NCBI GenBank assembly: GCA_964016885.1
Contig: OZ024758.1
Span: forward strand, 35,712,001 to 35,776,000
Origin: Eledone cirrhosa
Lineage: Eukaryota
Direction: 5' to 3'
Length of the DNA: 64,000 bases
Shown here: in pieces, positions 41,647 to 54,800 of the stretch
Layout of the letters: every line of letters begins with the position of its first letter
Position numbering within the stretch: position 1 is the first letter of the stretch
The notes under the pieces: model-generated
Database searches by the model: none
What the model was told of the DNA's origin: nothing
What the model saw: the letters and a program-made list of their open reading frames with translations, nothing else
Translations under genes and position numbers: made by a program

Positions 41647-44600
41647 ATGGTATTAGCTGTCAGAAGGAACGCCACTGTTGGTGAGAATTCATTTAAGTTC
41701 ATGGTATTAGCTGTCAGAAGTAACTCCACTGTTGGTGAGAATTCATTTAAGTTCATGGTACTAGCTGTCAGAAGTAACTCCAATGTTGGTGAGAATTCAT
41801 TTAAGTTCATGGTATTAGCTGTCAGAAGGAACTCCACTGTTGGTGAGAATTCATTTAAGTTCATGGTATTAGCTGTCAGAAGTAACTCCACTGTTGGTGA
41901 GAATTCATTTAAGTTCATGGTATTAGCTGTCAGAAGTCACTCCAATGTTGGTGAGAATTCATTTAAGTTCATGGTATTAGCTGTCAGAAGTCACTCCACT
42001 GTTGGTGAGAATTCATTTAAGTTCATGGTACTAGCTGTCCGAAGTAACCCCAATGTTGGTGAGAATTCATTTAAGTTCATGGTATTAGCTGTCAGAAGTC
42101 ACTCCAATGTTGGTGAGAATTCATTTAAGTTCATGGTATTAGCTGTCAGAAGTAACTCCACTGTTGGTGAGAATTCATTTAAGTTCATGGTATTAGCTGT
42201 CAGAAGTAACTCCACTGTTGGTGAGAATTCATTTAAGTTCATGGTATTAGCTGTCAGAAGGAACTCCACTGTTGGTGAGAATTCATTTAAGTTCATGGTA
42301 CTAGCTGTCAGAAGTAACTCCACTGTTGGTGAGAATTCATTTAAGTTCATGGTATTAGTTTGTCAGAAGTAACTCCACTGTTGGTGAGAATTCATTTAAG
42401 TCATGGTATTAGTTGTCAGAAGTAACTCCAATGTTGGTGAGAATTCATTTAAGCCATGGTACTAGCTGTCAGAAGTAACTCCAATGTTGGTGAGAATTCA
42501 TTTAAGTTCATGGTATTAGCTGTCAGAACGAACTCCACTGTTGGTGAGAATTCATTTAAGTTCATGGTATTAGCTGTCAGAAGTAACTCCACTGTTGGTG
42601 AGAATTCATTTAAGTTCAGGGTACTAGCTGTCAGAAGTAACTCCAATGTTGGTGAGAATTCATTTAAGCTCATGGTATTAGCTGTCAGAAGGAACTCCAC
42701 TGTTGGTGAGAATTCATTTAAGTTCATGGTATTAGCTGTCAGAAGTAACTCCACTGTTGGTGAGAATTCATTTAAGTTCATGGTATTAGCTGTCAGAGGT
42801 AACTCCACTGTTGGTGAGAATTCATTTAAGTTCATGGTACTAGCTGTCAGAAGTAACTCCAATGTTGGTGAGTATTCATTTAAGTTCATGGTATTAGCTG
42901 TCAGAAGTAACTCCACTGTTGGTGAGAATTCATTTACGTCATGGTATTAGCTGTCAGAAGTAACTCCAATGTTGGTGAGAATTCATTTAAGTTCATGGTA
43001 TTAGCTGTCAGAATTAACTCCAATGTTGGTGAGAATTCATTTAAGTTCATGGTATTAGCTGTCAGAAGGAACTCCACTGTTGCTGAGAATTCATTTAAGT
43101 TCATGGTATTAGCTGTCAGAAGTAACTCCACTGTTGGTGAGAATTCATTTAAGTTCATGGTACTAGCTGTCAGAAGTAACTCCACTGTTGGTGAGAATTC
43201 ATTTAAGTTCATGGTATTAGCTGTCAGAAGTCACTCCAATGTTGGTGAGAATTCATTTAAGTTCATGGTATTAGCTGTCAGAAGTCACTCCACTGTTGGT
43301 GAGAATTCATTTAAGTTCATGGTACTAGCTGTCAGAAGTAACCCCAATGTTGGTGAGAATTCATTTAAGTTCATGGTATTAGCTGTCAGAAGTCACTCCA
43401 ATGTTGGTGAGAATTCATTTAAGTTCATGGTATTAGCTGTCAGAAGTAACTCCACTGTTGGTGAGAATTCATTTAAGTTCATGGTATTAGCTGTCAGAAG
43501 TAACTCCACTGTTGGTGAGAATTCATTTAAGTTCATGGTATTAGCTGTCAGAAGGAACTCCACTGTTGGTGAGAATTCATTTAAGTTCATGGTACTAGCT
43601 GTCAGAAGTAACTCCACTGTTGCTGAGAATTCATTTAAGTTCATGGTATTAGTTTGTCAGAAGTAACTCCACTGTTGGTGAGAATTCATTTAAGTCATGG
43701 TATTAGTTGTCAGAAGTAACTCCAATGTTGGTGAGAATTCATTTAAGCCATGGTACTAGCTGTCAGAAGTAACTCCAATGTTGGTGAGAATTCATTTAAG
43801 TTCGTGGTATTAGCTGTCAGAACGAACTCCACTGTTGGTGAGAATTCATTTAAGTGCATGGTATTAGCTGTCAGAAGTAACTCCACTGTTGGTGAGAATT
43901 CATTTAAGTTCATGGTACTAGCTGTCAGAAGTAACTCCACTGTTGGTGAGAATTCATTTAAGTTCATGGTATTAGTTTGTCAGAAGTACCTCCACTGTTG
44001 GTGAGAATTCATTTAAGTCATGGTATTAGTTGTCAGAAGTAACTCCAATGTTGGTGAGAATTCATTTAAGTTCATGGTATTAGCTGTCAGAAGGAACTCC
44101 ACTGTTGGTGAGAATTCATTTAAGTTCATGGTATTAGCTGTCAGAAGGAACTCCAATGTTGGTGAGAATTCATTTAAGTCATGGTACTAGCTGTCAGAAG
44201 TAACTCCACTGTTGGTGAGAATTCATTTAAGTTCATGGTATTAGCTGTCAGAAGGAACTCCACTGTTGGTGAGAATTCATTTAAGTTCATGGTATTAGTT
44301 TGTCAGAAGTAACTCCACTGTTGGTGAGAATTCATTTAAGTCATGGTATTAGTTGTCAGAAGTAACTCCAATGTTGGTGAGAATTCATTTAAGCCATGGT
44401 ACTAGCTGTCAGAAGTAACTCCAATGTTGGTGAAAATTCATTTAAGTTCATGGTATTAGCTGTCAGAACGAACTCCACTGTTGGTGAGAATTAATTTAAG
44501 TTCATGGTATTAGCTGTCAGAAGTAACTCCACTGTTGGTGAGAATTCATTTAAGTTCATGGTACTAGCTGTCAGAAGTAACTCCAATGTTGGTGAGAATT

Positions 44601-45470
44601 CATTTAAGTTCATGGTATTAGCTGTCAGAAGTAATTCCACTGTTGGTGAGAGTTCATTTAAGTCATGGTATTAGCTGTCAGAAGTAACTCCAATGTTGGT
44701 GAGAATTCATTTAAGTTCATGGTATTAGCTGTCAGAAGGAACGCCACTGTTGGTGAGAATTCATTTAAGTTCATGGTATTAGCTGTCAGAAGTAACTCCA
44801 CTGTTGGTGAGAATTCATTTAAGTTCATGGTACTAGCTGTCAGAAGTAACTCCAATGTTGGTGAGAATTCATTTAAGTTCATGGTATTAGCTGTCAGAAG
44901 GAACTCCACTGTTGGTGAGAATTCATTTAAGTTCATGGTATTAGCTGTCAGAAGTAACTCCACTGTTGGTGAGAATTCATTTAAGTCATGGTATTAGCTG
45001 TCAGAAGTAACTCCATTGTTGGTGAGAATTCATTTAAGTCATGGTACTAGCTGTCAGAAGTAACTCCAATGTTGGTGAGAATTCATTTAAGTCATGGTAC
45101 TAGCTGTCAGAAGTAACTCCAATGTTGGTGAGAATTCATTTAAGTTCATGGTATTAGCTGTCAGAAGGAACTCCACTGTTGGTGAGAATTCATTTAAGTT
45201 CATGGTATTAGCTGTCAGAAGTAACTCCACTGTTGGTGAGAATTCATTTAAGTTCATGGTATTAGCTGTCAGAAGTAACTCCACTGTTGGTGAGAATTCA
45301 TTTAAGTTCATGGTACTAGCTGTCAGAAGTAACTCCAATGTTGGTGAGAATTCATTTAAGTTCATGGTATTAGCTGTCAGAAGTAACTCCACTGTTGGTG
45401 AGAATTCATTTAAGTTCATGGTATTAGCTGTCAGAAGTAACTCCACTGTTGGTGAGAATTCATTTAAGTT
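41647..45470. repeat. Dispersed ~3.8-kb copy of block ~33620-37440 (offset 8,027 bp)
   Basis: Offsets 34429/42456, 34914/42941, 35723/43750, 36638/44665 and 37067/45094 all equal 8027. Confidence 0.87.
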
Positions 45471-46499
45471 CAGGGTACTAGCTGTCAGAAGTAACTCCAA
45501 TGTTGGTGAGAATTCATTTAAGCTCATGGTATTAGCTGTCAGAAGGAACACCACTGTTGGTGAGAATTCATTTAAGTTCATGGTATTAGCTGTCAGAAGT
45601 AACTCCACTGTTGGTGAGAATTCATTTAAGTTCATGGTATTAGCTGTCAGAGGTAACTCCACTGTTGGTGAGAATTCATTTAAGTTCATGGTACTAGCTG
45701 TCAGAAGTAACTCCAATGTTGGTGAGTATTCATTTAAGTTCATGGTATTAGCTGTCAGAAGTAACTCCACTGTTGGTGAGAATTCATTTACGTCATGGTA
45801 TTAGCTGTCAGAAGTAACTCCAATGTTGGTGAGAATTCATTTAAGTTCATGGTATTAGCTGTCAGAATTAACTCCAATGTTGGTGAGAATTCATTTAAGT
45901 TCATGGTATTAGCTGTCAGAAGGAACTCCACTGTTGCTGAGAATTCATTTAAGTTCATGGTATTAGCTGTCAGAAGTAACTCCACTGTTGGTGAGAATTC
46001 ATTTAAGTTCATGGTACTAGCTGTCAGAAGTAACTCCACTGTTGGTGAGAATTCATTTAAATTCATGGTATTAGCTGTCAGAAGTCACTCCAATGTTGGT
46101 GAGAATTCATTTAAGTTCATGGTATTAGCTGTCAGAAGTCACTCCACTGTTGGTGAGAATTCATTTAAGTTCATGGTACTAGCTGTCAGAAGTAACCCCA
46201 ATGTTGGTGAGAATTCATTTAAGTTCATGGTATTAGCTGTCAGAAGTCACTCCAATGTTGGTGAGAATTCATTTAAGTCATGGTACTAGCTGTCAGAAGT
46301 AACTCCAATGTTGGTGAGAATTCATTTAAGTTCATGGTATTAGCTCTCAGAAGTAACTCCACTGTTGGTGAGAATTCATTTAAGTTCATGGTATTAGCTG
46401 TTAGAAGTAACTCCACTGTTGGTGAGAATTCATTTAAGTTCATGGTACTAGCTGTCAGAAGTAACTCCACTGTTGGTGAGAATTCATTTAAGTTCATGG

Positions 46500-49400
46500 T
46501 ATTAGCTGTCAGAAGTCACTCCAATATTGGTGAGAATTCATTTAAGTTCGTGGTATAAGCTGTCAGAAGTAACTCCAATGTTGGTGAGAATTCATTTAAG
46601 TTCATGGTATTAGCTGTTAGAAGTAACTCCAATGTTGGTGAGAATTCATTTAAGTTCATGGTACTAGCTGTCAGAAGTAACTCCACTGTTGGTGAGAATT
46701 CATTTAAGTTCATGGTATTAGCTGTCAGAAGTCACTCCAATGTTGGTGAGAATTCATTTAAGTTCGTGGTATAAGCTGTCAGAAGTAACTCCACTGTTGG
46801 TGAGAATTCATTTAAGTTCATGGTATTAGCTGTCAGAAGTAACTCCACTGTTGGTGAGAATTCATTTAAGTTCATGGTATTAGCTGTCAGAAGTAACTCC
46901 ACTGTTGGTGAGAATTAATTTAAGTTCATGGTATTAGCTGTCAGAAGGAACTCCAATGTTGGTGAGAATTCATTTAAGTCATGGTACTAGCTGTCAGAAG
47001 TAACTCCACTGTTGGTGAGAATTCATTTAAGTTCATGGTATTAGCTGTCAGAAGGAACTCCACTGTTGGTGAGAATTCATTTAAGTTCATGGTATTAGCT
47101 GTCAGAAGTAAGTCCACTGTTGGTGAGAATTCATTTAAGTTCATGGTACTGGTTGTCAGAAGTAACTCCACTGTTGGTAAGAATTCATTTTAGTTCATGG
47201 TATTAGTTGTCAGAAGTAACTCCACTGTTGGTGAGAATTCATTTAAGTCATGGTATTAGTTGTCAGAAGTAACTCCAATGTTGGTGAGAATTCATTTAAG
47301 TTCATGGTACTAGCTGTCAGAAGTAACTCCACTGTTGGTGAGAATTCATTTAAGTTCATGGTATTAGCTGTCAGAAGTAACTCCACTATTGGTGAGAATT
47401 CATTTAAGTCATGGTATTAGCTGTCAGAAGTAACTCCATTGTTGGTGAGAATTCATTTAAGTCATGGTACTAGCTGTCAGAAGTAACTCCACTGTTGGTG
47501 AGAATTCATTTAAGTTCATGGTACTAGCTGTCAGAAGTAACTCCACTGTTGGTGAGAATTCATTTAAGTTCATGGTATTAGTTTGTCAGAAGTAACTCCA
47601 CTGTTGGTGAGAATTCATTTAAGTCATGGTATTAGTTGTCAGAAGTAACTCCAATGTTGGTGAGAATTCATTTAAGTTCATGGTATTAGCTGTCAGAAGT
47701 AACTCCACTGTTGGTGAGAATTCATTTAAGTTCATGGTATTAGCTGTCAGAAGTAACTCCACTGTTGGTGAGAATTCATTTAAGTCATGGTATTAGCTGT
47801 CAGAAGTAACTCCATTGTTGGTGAGAATTCATTTAAGTCATGGTACTAGCTGTCAGAAGTAACTCCAATGTTGGTGAGAATTCATTTAAGTTCATGGTAT
47901 TAGCTCTCAGAAGTAACTCCACTGTTGGTGAGAATTCATTTAAGTTCATGGTATTAGCTGTCAGAAGTAACTCCACTGTTGGTGAGAATTCATTTAAGTT
48001 CATGGTATTAGCTGTCAGAAGTAACTCCACTGTTGGTGAGAATTCATTTAAGTTCATGGTATTAGCTGTCAGAAGGAACTCCAATGTTGGTGAGAATTCA
48101 TTTAAGTCATGGTACTAGCTGTCAGAAGTAACTCCACTGTTGGTGAGAATTCATTTAAGTTCATGGTATTAGCTGTCAGAAGGAACGCCACTGTTGGTGA
48201 GAATTCATTTAAGTTCATGGTATTAGCTGTCAGAAGTAACTCCACTGTTGGTGAGAATTCATTTAAGTTCATGGTACTAGCTGTCAGAAGTAACTCCAAT
48301 GTTGGTGAGAATTCATTTAAGTTTATGGTATTAGCTGTCAGAAGTAACTCCACTGTTGGTGAGAATTCATTTAAGTTCATGGTACTAGCTGTCAGAAGTA
48401 ACTCCACTGTTGGTGAGAATTCATTTAAGTTCATGGTACTAGCTGTCAGAAGTAACTCCACTGTTGGTGAGAATTCATTTAAGTTCATGGTACTAGCTGT
48501 CAGAAGTAACTCCAATGTTGGTGAGAATTCATTTAAGTTCATGGTATTAGCGGTCAGAAGTAACTCCACTGTTGGTGAGAATTCATTTAAGTTCATGGTA
48601 CTAGCTGTCAGAAGTAACTCCACTGTTGGTGAGAATTCATTTAAATTCATGGTATTAGCTGTCAGAAGTCACTCCAATGTTGGTGAGAATTCATTTAAGT
48701 TCATGGTATTAGCTGTCAGAAGTCACTCCACTGTTAGTGAGAATTCATTTAAGTTCATGGTACTAGCTGTCAGAAGTAACCCCAATGTTGGTGAGAATTC
48801 ATTTAAGTTCATGGTATTAGCTGTCAGAAGTCACTCCAATGTTGGTGAGAATTCATTTAAGTCATGGTACTAGCTGTCAGAAGTAACTCCAATGTTGGTG
48901 AGAATTCATTTAAGTTCATGGTATTAGCTGTCAGAAGTCACTCCAATGTTGGTGAGAATTCATTTAAGTTCGTGGTATAAGCTGTCAGAAGTAACTCCAC
49001 TGTTGGTGAGAATTCATTTAAGTTCATGGTATTAGCTGTCAGAAGTAACTCCACTGTTGGTGAGAATTCATTTAAGTTCATGGTATTAGCTGTCAGAAGT
49101 AACTCCACTGTTGGTGAGAATTCATTTAAGTTCATGGTATTAGCTGTCAGAAGGAACTCCAATGTTGGTGAGAATTCATTTAAGTCATGGTACTAGCTGT
49201 CAGAAGTAACTCCACTGTTGGTGAGAATTCATTTAAGTTCATGGTATTAGCTGTCAGAAGGAACTCCACTGTTGGTGAGAATTCATTTAAGTTCATGGTA
49301 TTAGCTGTCAGAAGTAAGTCCACTGTTGGTGAGAATTCATTTAAGTTCATGGTACTGGTTGTCAGAAGTAACTCCACTGTTGGTAAGAATTCATTTTAGT

Positions 49401-51800
49401 TCATGGTATTAGTTGTCAGAAGTAACTCCACTGTTGGTGAGAATTCATTTAAGTCATGGTATTAGTTGTCAGAAGTAACTCCAATGTTGGTGAGAATTCA
49501 TTTAAGTTCATGGTACTAGCTGTCAGAAGTAACTCCACTGTTGGTGAGAATTCATTTAAGTTCATGGTATTAGCTGTCAGAAGTAACTCCACTATTGGTG
49601 AGAATTCATTTAAGTCATGGTATTAGCTGTCAGAAGTAACTCCATTGTTGGTGAGAATTCATTTAAGTCATGGTACTAGCTGTCAGAAGTAACTCCAATG
49701 TTGATGAGAATTCATTTAAGTTCATGGTATTAGCTGTCAGAAGTAACTCCACTGTTGGTGAGAATTCATTTAAGTTCATGGTATTAGCTGTCAGAAGTAA
49801 CTCCACTGTTGGTGAGAATTCATTTAAGTTCATGGTACTAGCTGTCAGAAGTAACTCCACTGTTGGTGAGAATTCATTTAAGTTCATGGTATTAGTTTGT
49901 CAGAAGTAACTCCAATGTTGGTGAGAATTCATTTAAGTTCATGGTATTAGCTGTCAGAAGTAACTCCACTGTTGGTGAGAATTCATTTAAGTTCATGGTA
50001 TTAGTTGTCAGAAGTAACTCCAATGTTGGTGAGAATTCATTTAAGTTCATGGTATTAGCTGTCAGAAGTAACTCCACTGTTGGTGAGAATTCATTTAAGT
50101 TCATGGTATTAGCTGTCAGAAGTAACTCCACTGTTGGTGAGAATTCATTTAAGTCATGGTATTAGCTGTCAGAAGTAACTCCATTGTTGGTGAGAATTCA
50201 TTTAAGTCATGGTACTAGCTGTCAGAAGTAACTCCAATGTTGGTGAGAATTCATTTAAGTTCATGGTATTAGCTCTCAGAAGTAACTCCACTGTTGGTGA
50301 GAATTCATTTAAGTTCATGGTATTAGCTGTCAGAAGTAACTCCACTGTTGGTAAGAATTCATTTTAGTTCATGGTATTAGTTGTCAGAAGTAACTCCACT
50401 GTTGGTGAGAATTCATTTAAGTCATGGTATTAGTTGTCAGAAGTAACTCCAATGTTGGTGAGAATTCATTTAAGTTCATGGTATTAGCTGTCAGAAGTAA
50501 GTCCACTGTTGGTGAGAATTCATTTAAGTTCATGGTACTGGTTGTCAGAAGTAACTCCACTGTTGGTAAGAATTCATTTTAGTTCATGGTATTAGTTGTC
50601 AGAAGTAACTCCACTGTTGGTGAGAATTCATTTAAGTCATGGTATTAGTTGTCAGAAGTAACTCCAATGTTGGTGAGAATTCATTTAAGTTCATGGTACT
50701 AGCTGTCAGAAGTAACTCCACTGTTGGTGAGAATTCATTTAAGTTCATGGTATTAGCTGTCAGAAGTAACTCCACTATTGGTGAGAATTCATTTAAGTCA
50801 TGGTATTAGCTGTCAGAAGTAACTCCATTGTTGGTGAGAATTCATTTAAGTCATGGTACTAGCTGTCAGAAGTAACTCCAATGTTGATGAGAATTCATTT
50901 AAGTTCATGGTATTAGCTGTCAGAAGTAACTCCACTGTTGGTGAGAATTCATTTAAGTTCATGGTATTAGCTGTCAGAAGTAACTCCACTGTTGGTGAGA
51001 ATTCATTTAAGTTCATGGTACTAGCTGTCAGAAGTAACTCCACTGTTGGTGAGAATTCATTTAAGTTCATGGTATTAGTTTGTCAGAAGTAACTCCACTG
51101 TTGGTGAGAATTCATTTAAGTCATGGTATTAGTTGTCAGAAGTAACTCCAATGTTGGTGAGAATTCATTTAAGTTCATGGTATTAGCTGTCAGAAGTAAC
51201 TCCACTGTTGGTGAGAATTCATTTAAGTTCATGGTATTAGCTGTCAGAAGTAACTCCACTGTTGGTGAGAATTCATTTAAGTCATGGTATTAGCTGTCAG
51301 AAGTAACTCCATTGTTGGTGAGAATTCATTTAAGTCATGGTACTAGCTGTCAGAAGTAACTCCAATGTTGGTGAGAATTCATTTAAGTTCATGGTATTAG
51401 CTCTCAGAAGTAACTCCACTGTTGGTGAGAATTCATTTAAGTTCATGGTATTAGCTGTCAGAAGTAACTCCACTGTTGGTAAGAATTCATTTTAGTTCAT
51501 GGTATTAGTTGTCAGAAGTAACTCCACTGTTGGTGAGAATTCATTTAAGTCATGGTATTAGTTGTCAGAAGTAACTCCAATGTTGGTGAGAATTCATTTA
51601 AGTTCATGGTACTAGCTGTCAGAAGTAACTCCACTGTTGGTGAGAATTCATTTAAGTTCATGGTATTAGCTGTCAGAAGTAACTCCACTATTGGTGAGAA
51701 TTCATTTAAGTCATGGTATTAGCTGTCAGAAGTAACTCCACTGTTGGTGAGAATTCATTTAAGTTCATGGTATTAGCTGTCAGAAGTAACTCCAATGTTG
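46500..51800. repeat. Divergent monomer subfamily domain C, with internal duplications at offsets 2,206 and 1,183 bp
   Basis: Concentrated variants AGTAAGTCC, GTACTGGTTGTC, GGTAAGAATTCATTTTAG, TTCGTGGTATAAG, GCTCTCAG and CCACTATT. Offsets: 46981/49187 = 2206; 49295/50478 and 49670/50853 = 1183. Confidence 0.82.
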
Positions 51801-54800
51801 GTGAGAATTCATTTAAGCCATGGTACTAGCTGTAAGAAGTAACTCCAATGTTGGTGAGAATTCATTTAAGTTCATGGTATTAGCTGTCAGAAGGAACTCC
51901 ACTGTTGGTGAGAATTCATTTAAGTTCATGGTATTAGCTGTCAGAAGTAACTCCACTGTTGGTGAGAATTCATTTAGGTTCATGGTAATAGCTGTCAGAA
52001 GTAACTCCAATGTTGGTGAGAATTCATTTAAGTTCATGGTATTAGCTGTCAGAAGTAACTCCACTGTTGGTGAGAGTTCATTTAAGTCATGGTATTAGCT
52101 GTCAGAAGTAACTCCAATGTTGGTGAGAATTCATTTAAGTTCATGGTATTAGCTGTCAGAAGTAACTCCACTGTTGGTGAGAATTCATTTAAGTTCATGG
52201 TATTAGCTGTCAGAAGTAACTCCACTGTTGGTGAGCATTCATTTAAGTTCATGGTACTAGCTGTCAGAAGTAACTCCACTGTTGGTGAGAATTCATTTAA
52301 GTCATGGTATTAGTTGTCAGAAGTAACTCCAATGTTGGTGAGAATTCATTTAAGTTCATGGTATTAGCTGTCAGAAGGAACTCCACTGTTGGTGAGAATT
52401 CATTTAAGTTCATGGTATTAGCTGTCAGAAGGAACTCCAATGTTGGTGAGAATTCATTTAAGTCATGGTACTAGCTGTCAGAAGTAACTCCACTGTTGGT
52501 GAGAATTCATTTAAGTTCATGGTATTAGCTGTCAGAAGGAACGCCACTGTTGGTGAGAATTCATTTAAGTTCATGGTATTAGCTGTCAGAAGTAACTCCA
52601 CTGTTGGTGAGAATTCATTTAAGTTCATGGTACTAGCTGTCAGAAGGAACTCCACTGTTGGTGAGAATTCATTTAAGTTCATGGTATTAGCTGTCAGAAG
52701 TAACTCCACTGTTGGTGAGAATTCATTTAAGTTCATGGTATTAGCTGTCAGAAGTCACTCCAATGTTGGTGAGAATTCATTTAAGTTCATGGTATTAGCT
52801 GTCAGAAGTCACTCCACTGTTGGTGAGAATTCATTTAAGTTCATGGTACTAGCTGTCCGAAGTAACCCCAATGTTGGTGAGAATTCATTTAAGTTCATGG
52901 TATTAGCTGTCAGAAGTCACTCCAATGTTGGTGAGAATTCATTTAAGTTCATGGTATTAGCTGTCAGAAGTAACTCCACTGTTGGTGAGAATTCATTTAA
53001 GTTCATGGTATTAGCTGTCAGAAGTAACTCCACTGTTGGTGAGAATTCATTTAAGTTCATGGTATTAGCTGTCAGAAGGAACTCCACTGTTGGTGAGAAT
53101 TCATTTAAGTTCATGGTACTAGCTGTCAGAAGTAACTCCACTGTTGGTGAGAATTCATTTAAGTTCATGGTATTAGTTTGTCAGAAGTAACTCCACTGTT
53201 GGTGAGAATTCATTTAAGTCATGGTATTAGTTGTCAGAAGTAACTCCAATGTTGGTGAGAATTCATTTAAGCCATGGTACTAGCTGTCAGAAGTAACTCC
53301 AATGTTGGTGAGAATTCATTTAAGTTCATGGTATTAGCTGTCAGAAGTAACTCCACTGTTGGTGAGAATTCATTTAAGTTCATGGTATTAGCTGTCAGAG
53401 GTAACTCCACTGTTGGTGAGAATTCATTTAAGTTCATGGTACTAGCTGTCAGAAGTAACTCCAATGTTGGTGAGTATTCATTTAAGTTCATGGTATTAGC
53501 TGTCAGAAGTAACTCCACTGTTGGTGAGAATTCATTTACGTCATGGTATTAGCTGTCAGAAGTAACTCCAATGTTGGTGAGAATTCATTTAAGTTCATGG
53601 TATTAGCTGTCAGAATTAACTCCAATGTTGGTGAGAATTCATTTAAGTTCATGGTATTAGCTGTCAGAAGGAACTCCACTGTTGCTGAGAATTCATTTAA
53701 GTTCATGGTATTAGCTGTCAGAAGTAACTCCACTGTTGGTGAGAATTCATTTAAGTTCATGGTACTAGCTGTCAGAAGTAACTCCACCGTTGGTGAGAAT
53801 TCATTTAAGTTCATGGTATTAGCTGTCAGAAGTCACTCCAATGTTGGTGATAATTCATTTAAGTTCATGGTATTAGCTGTCAGAAGTCACTCCACTGTTG
53901 GTGAGAATTCATTTAAGTTCATGGTACTAGCTGTCAGAAGTAACCCCAATGTTGGTGAGAATTCATTTAAGTTCATGGTATTAGCTGTCAGAAGTCACTC
54001 CAATGTTGGTGAGAATTCATTTAAGTTCATGGTATTAGCTGTCAGAAGTAACTCCACTGTTGGTGAGAATTCATTTAAGTTCATGGTATTAGCTGTCAGA
54101 AGTAACTCCACTGTTGGTGAGAATTCATTTAAGTTCATGGTATTAGCTGTCAGAAGGAACTCCACTGTTGGTGCGAATTCATTTAAGTTCATGGTACTAG
54201 CTGTCAGAAGTAACTCCACTGTTGGTGAGAATTCATTTAAGTTCATGGTATTAGTTTGTCAGAAGTAACTCCACTGTTGGTGAGAATTCATTTAAGTCAT
54301 GGTATTAGTTGTCAGAAGTAACTCCAATGTTGGTGAGAATTCATTTAAGCCATGGTACTAGCTGTCAGAAGTAACTCCAATGTTGGTGAGAATTCATTTA
54401 AGTTCATGGTATTAGCTGTCAGAACGAACTCCACTGTTGGTGAGAATTCATTTAAGTGCATGGTATTAGCTGTCAGAAGTAACTCCACTGTTGGTGAGAA
54501 TTCATTTAAGTTCATGGTACTAGCTGTCAGAAGTAACTCCACTGTTGGTGAGAATTCATTTAAGTTCATGGTATTAGTTTGTCAGAAGTACCTCCACTGT
54601 TGGTGAGAATTCATTTAAGTCATGGTATTAGTTGTCAGAAGTAACTCCAATGTTGGTGAGAATTCATTTAAGTTCATGGTATTAGCTGTCAGAAGGAACT
54701 CCACTGTTGGTGAGAATTCATTTAAGTTCATGGTATTAGCTGTCAGAAGGAACTCCAATGTTGGTGAGAATTCATTTAAGTCATGGTACTAGCTGTCAGA

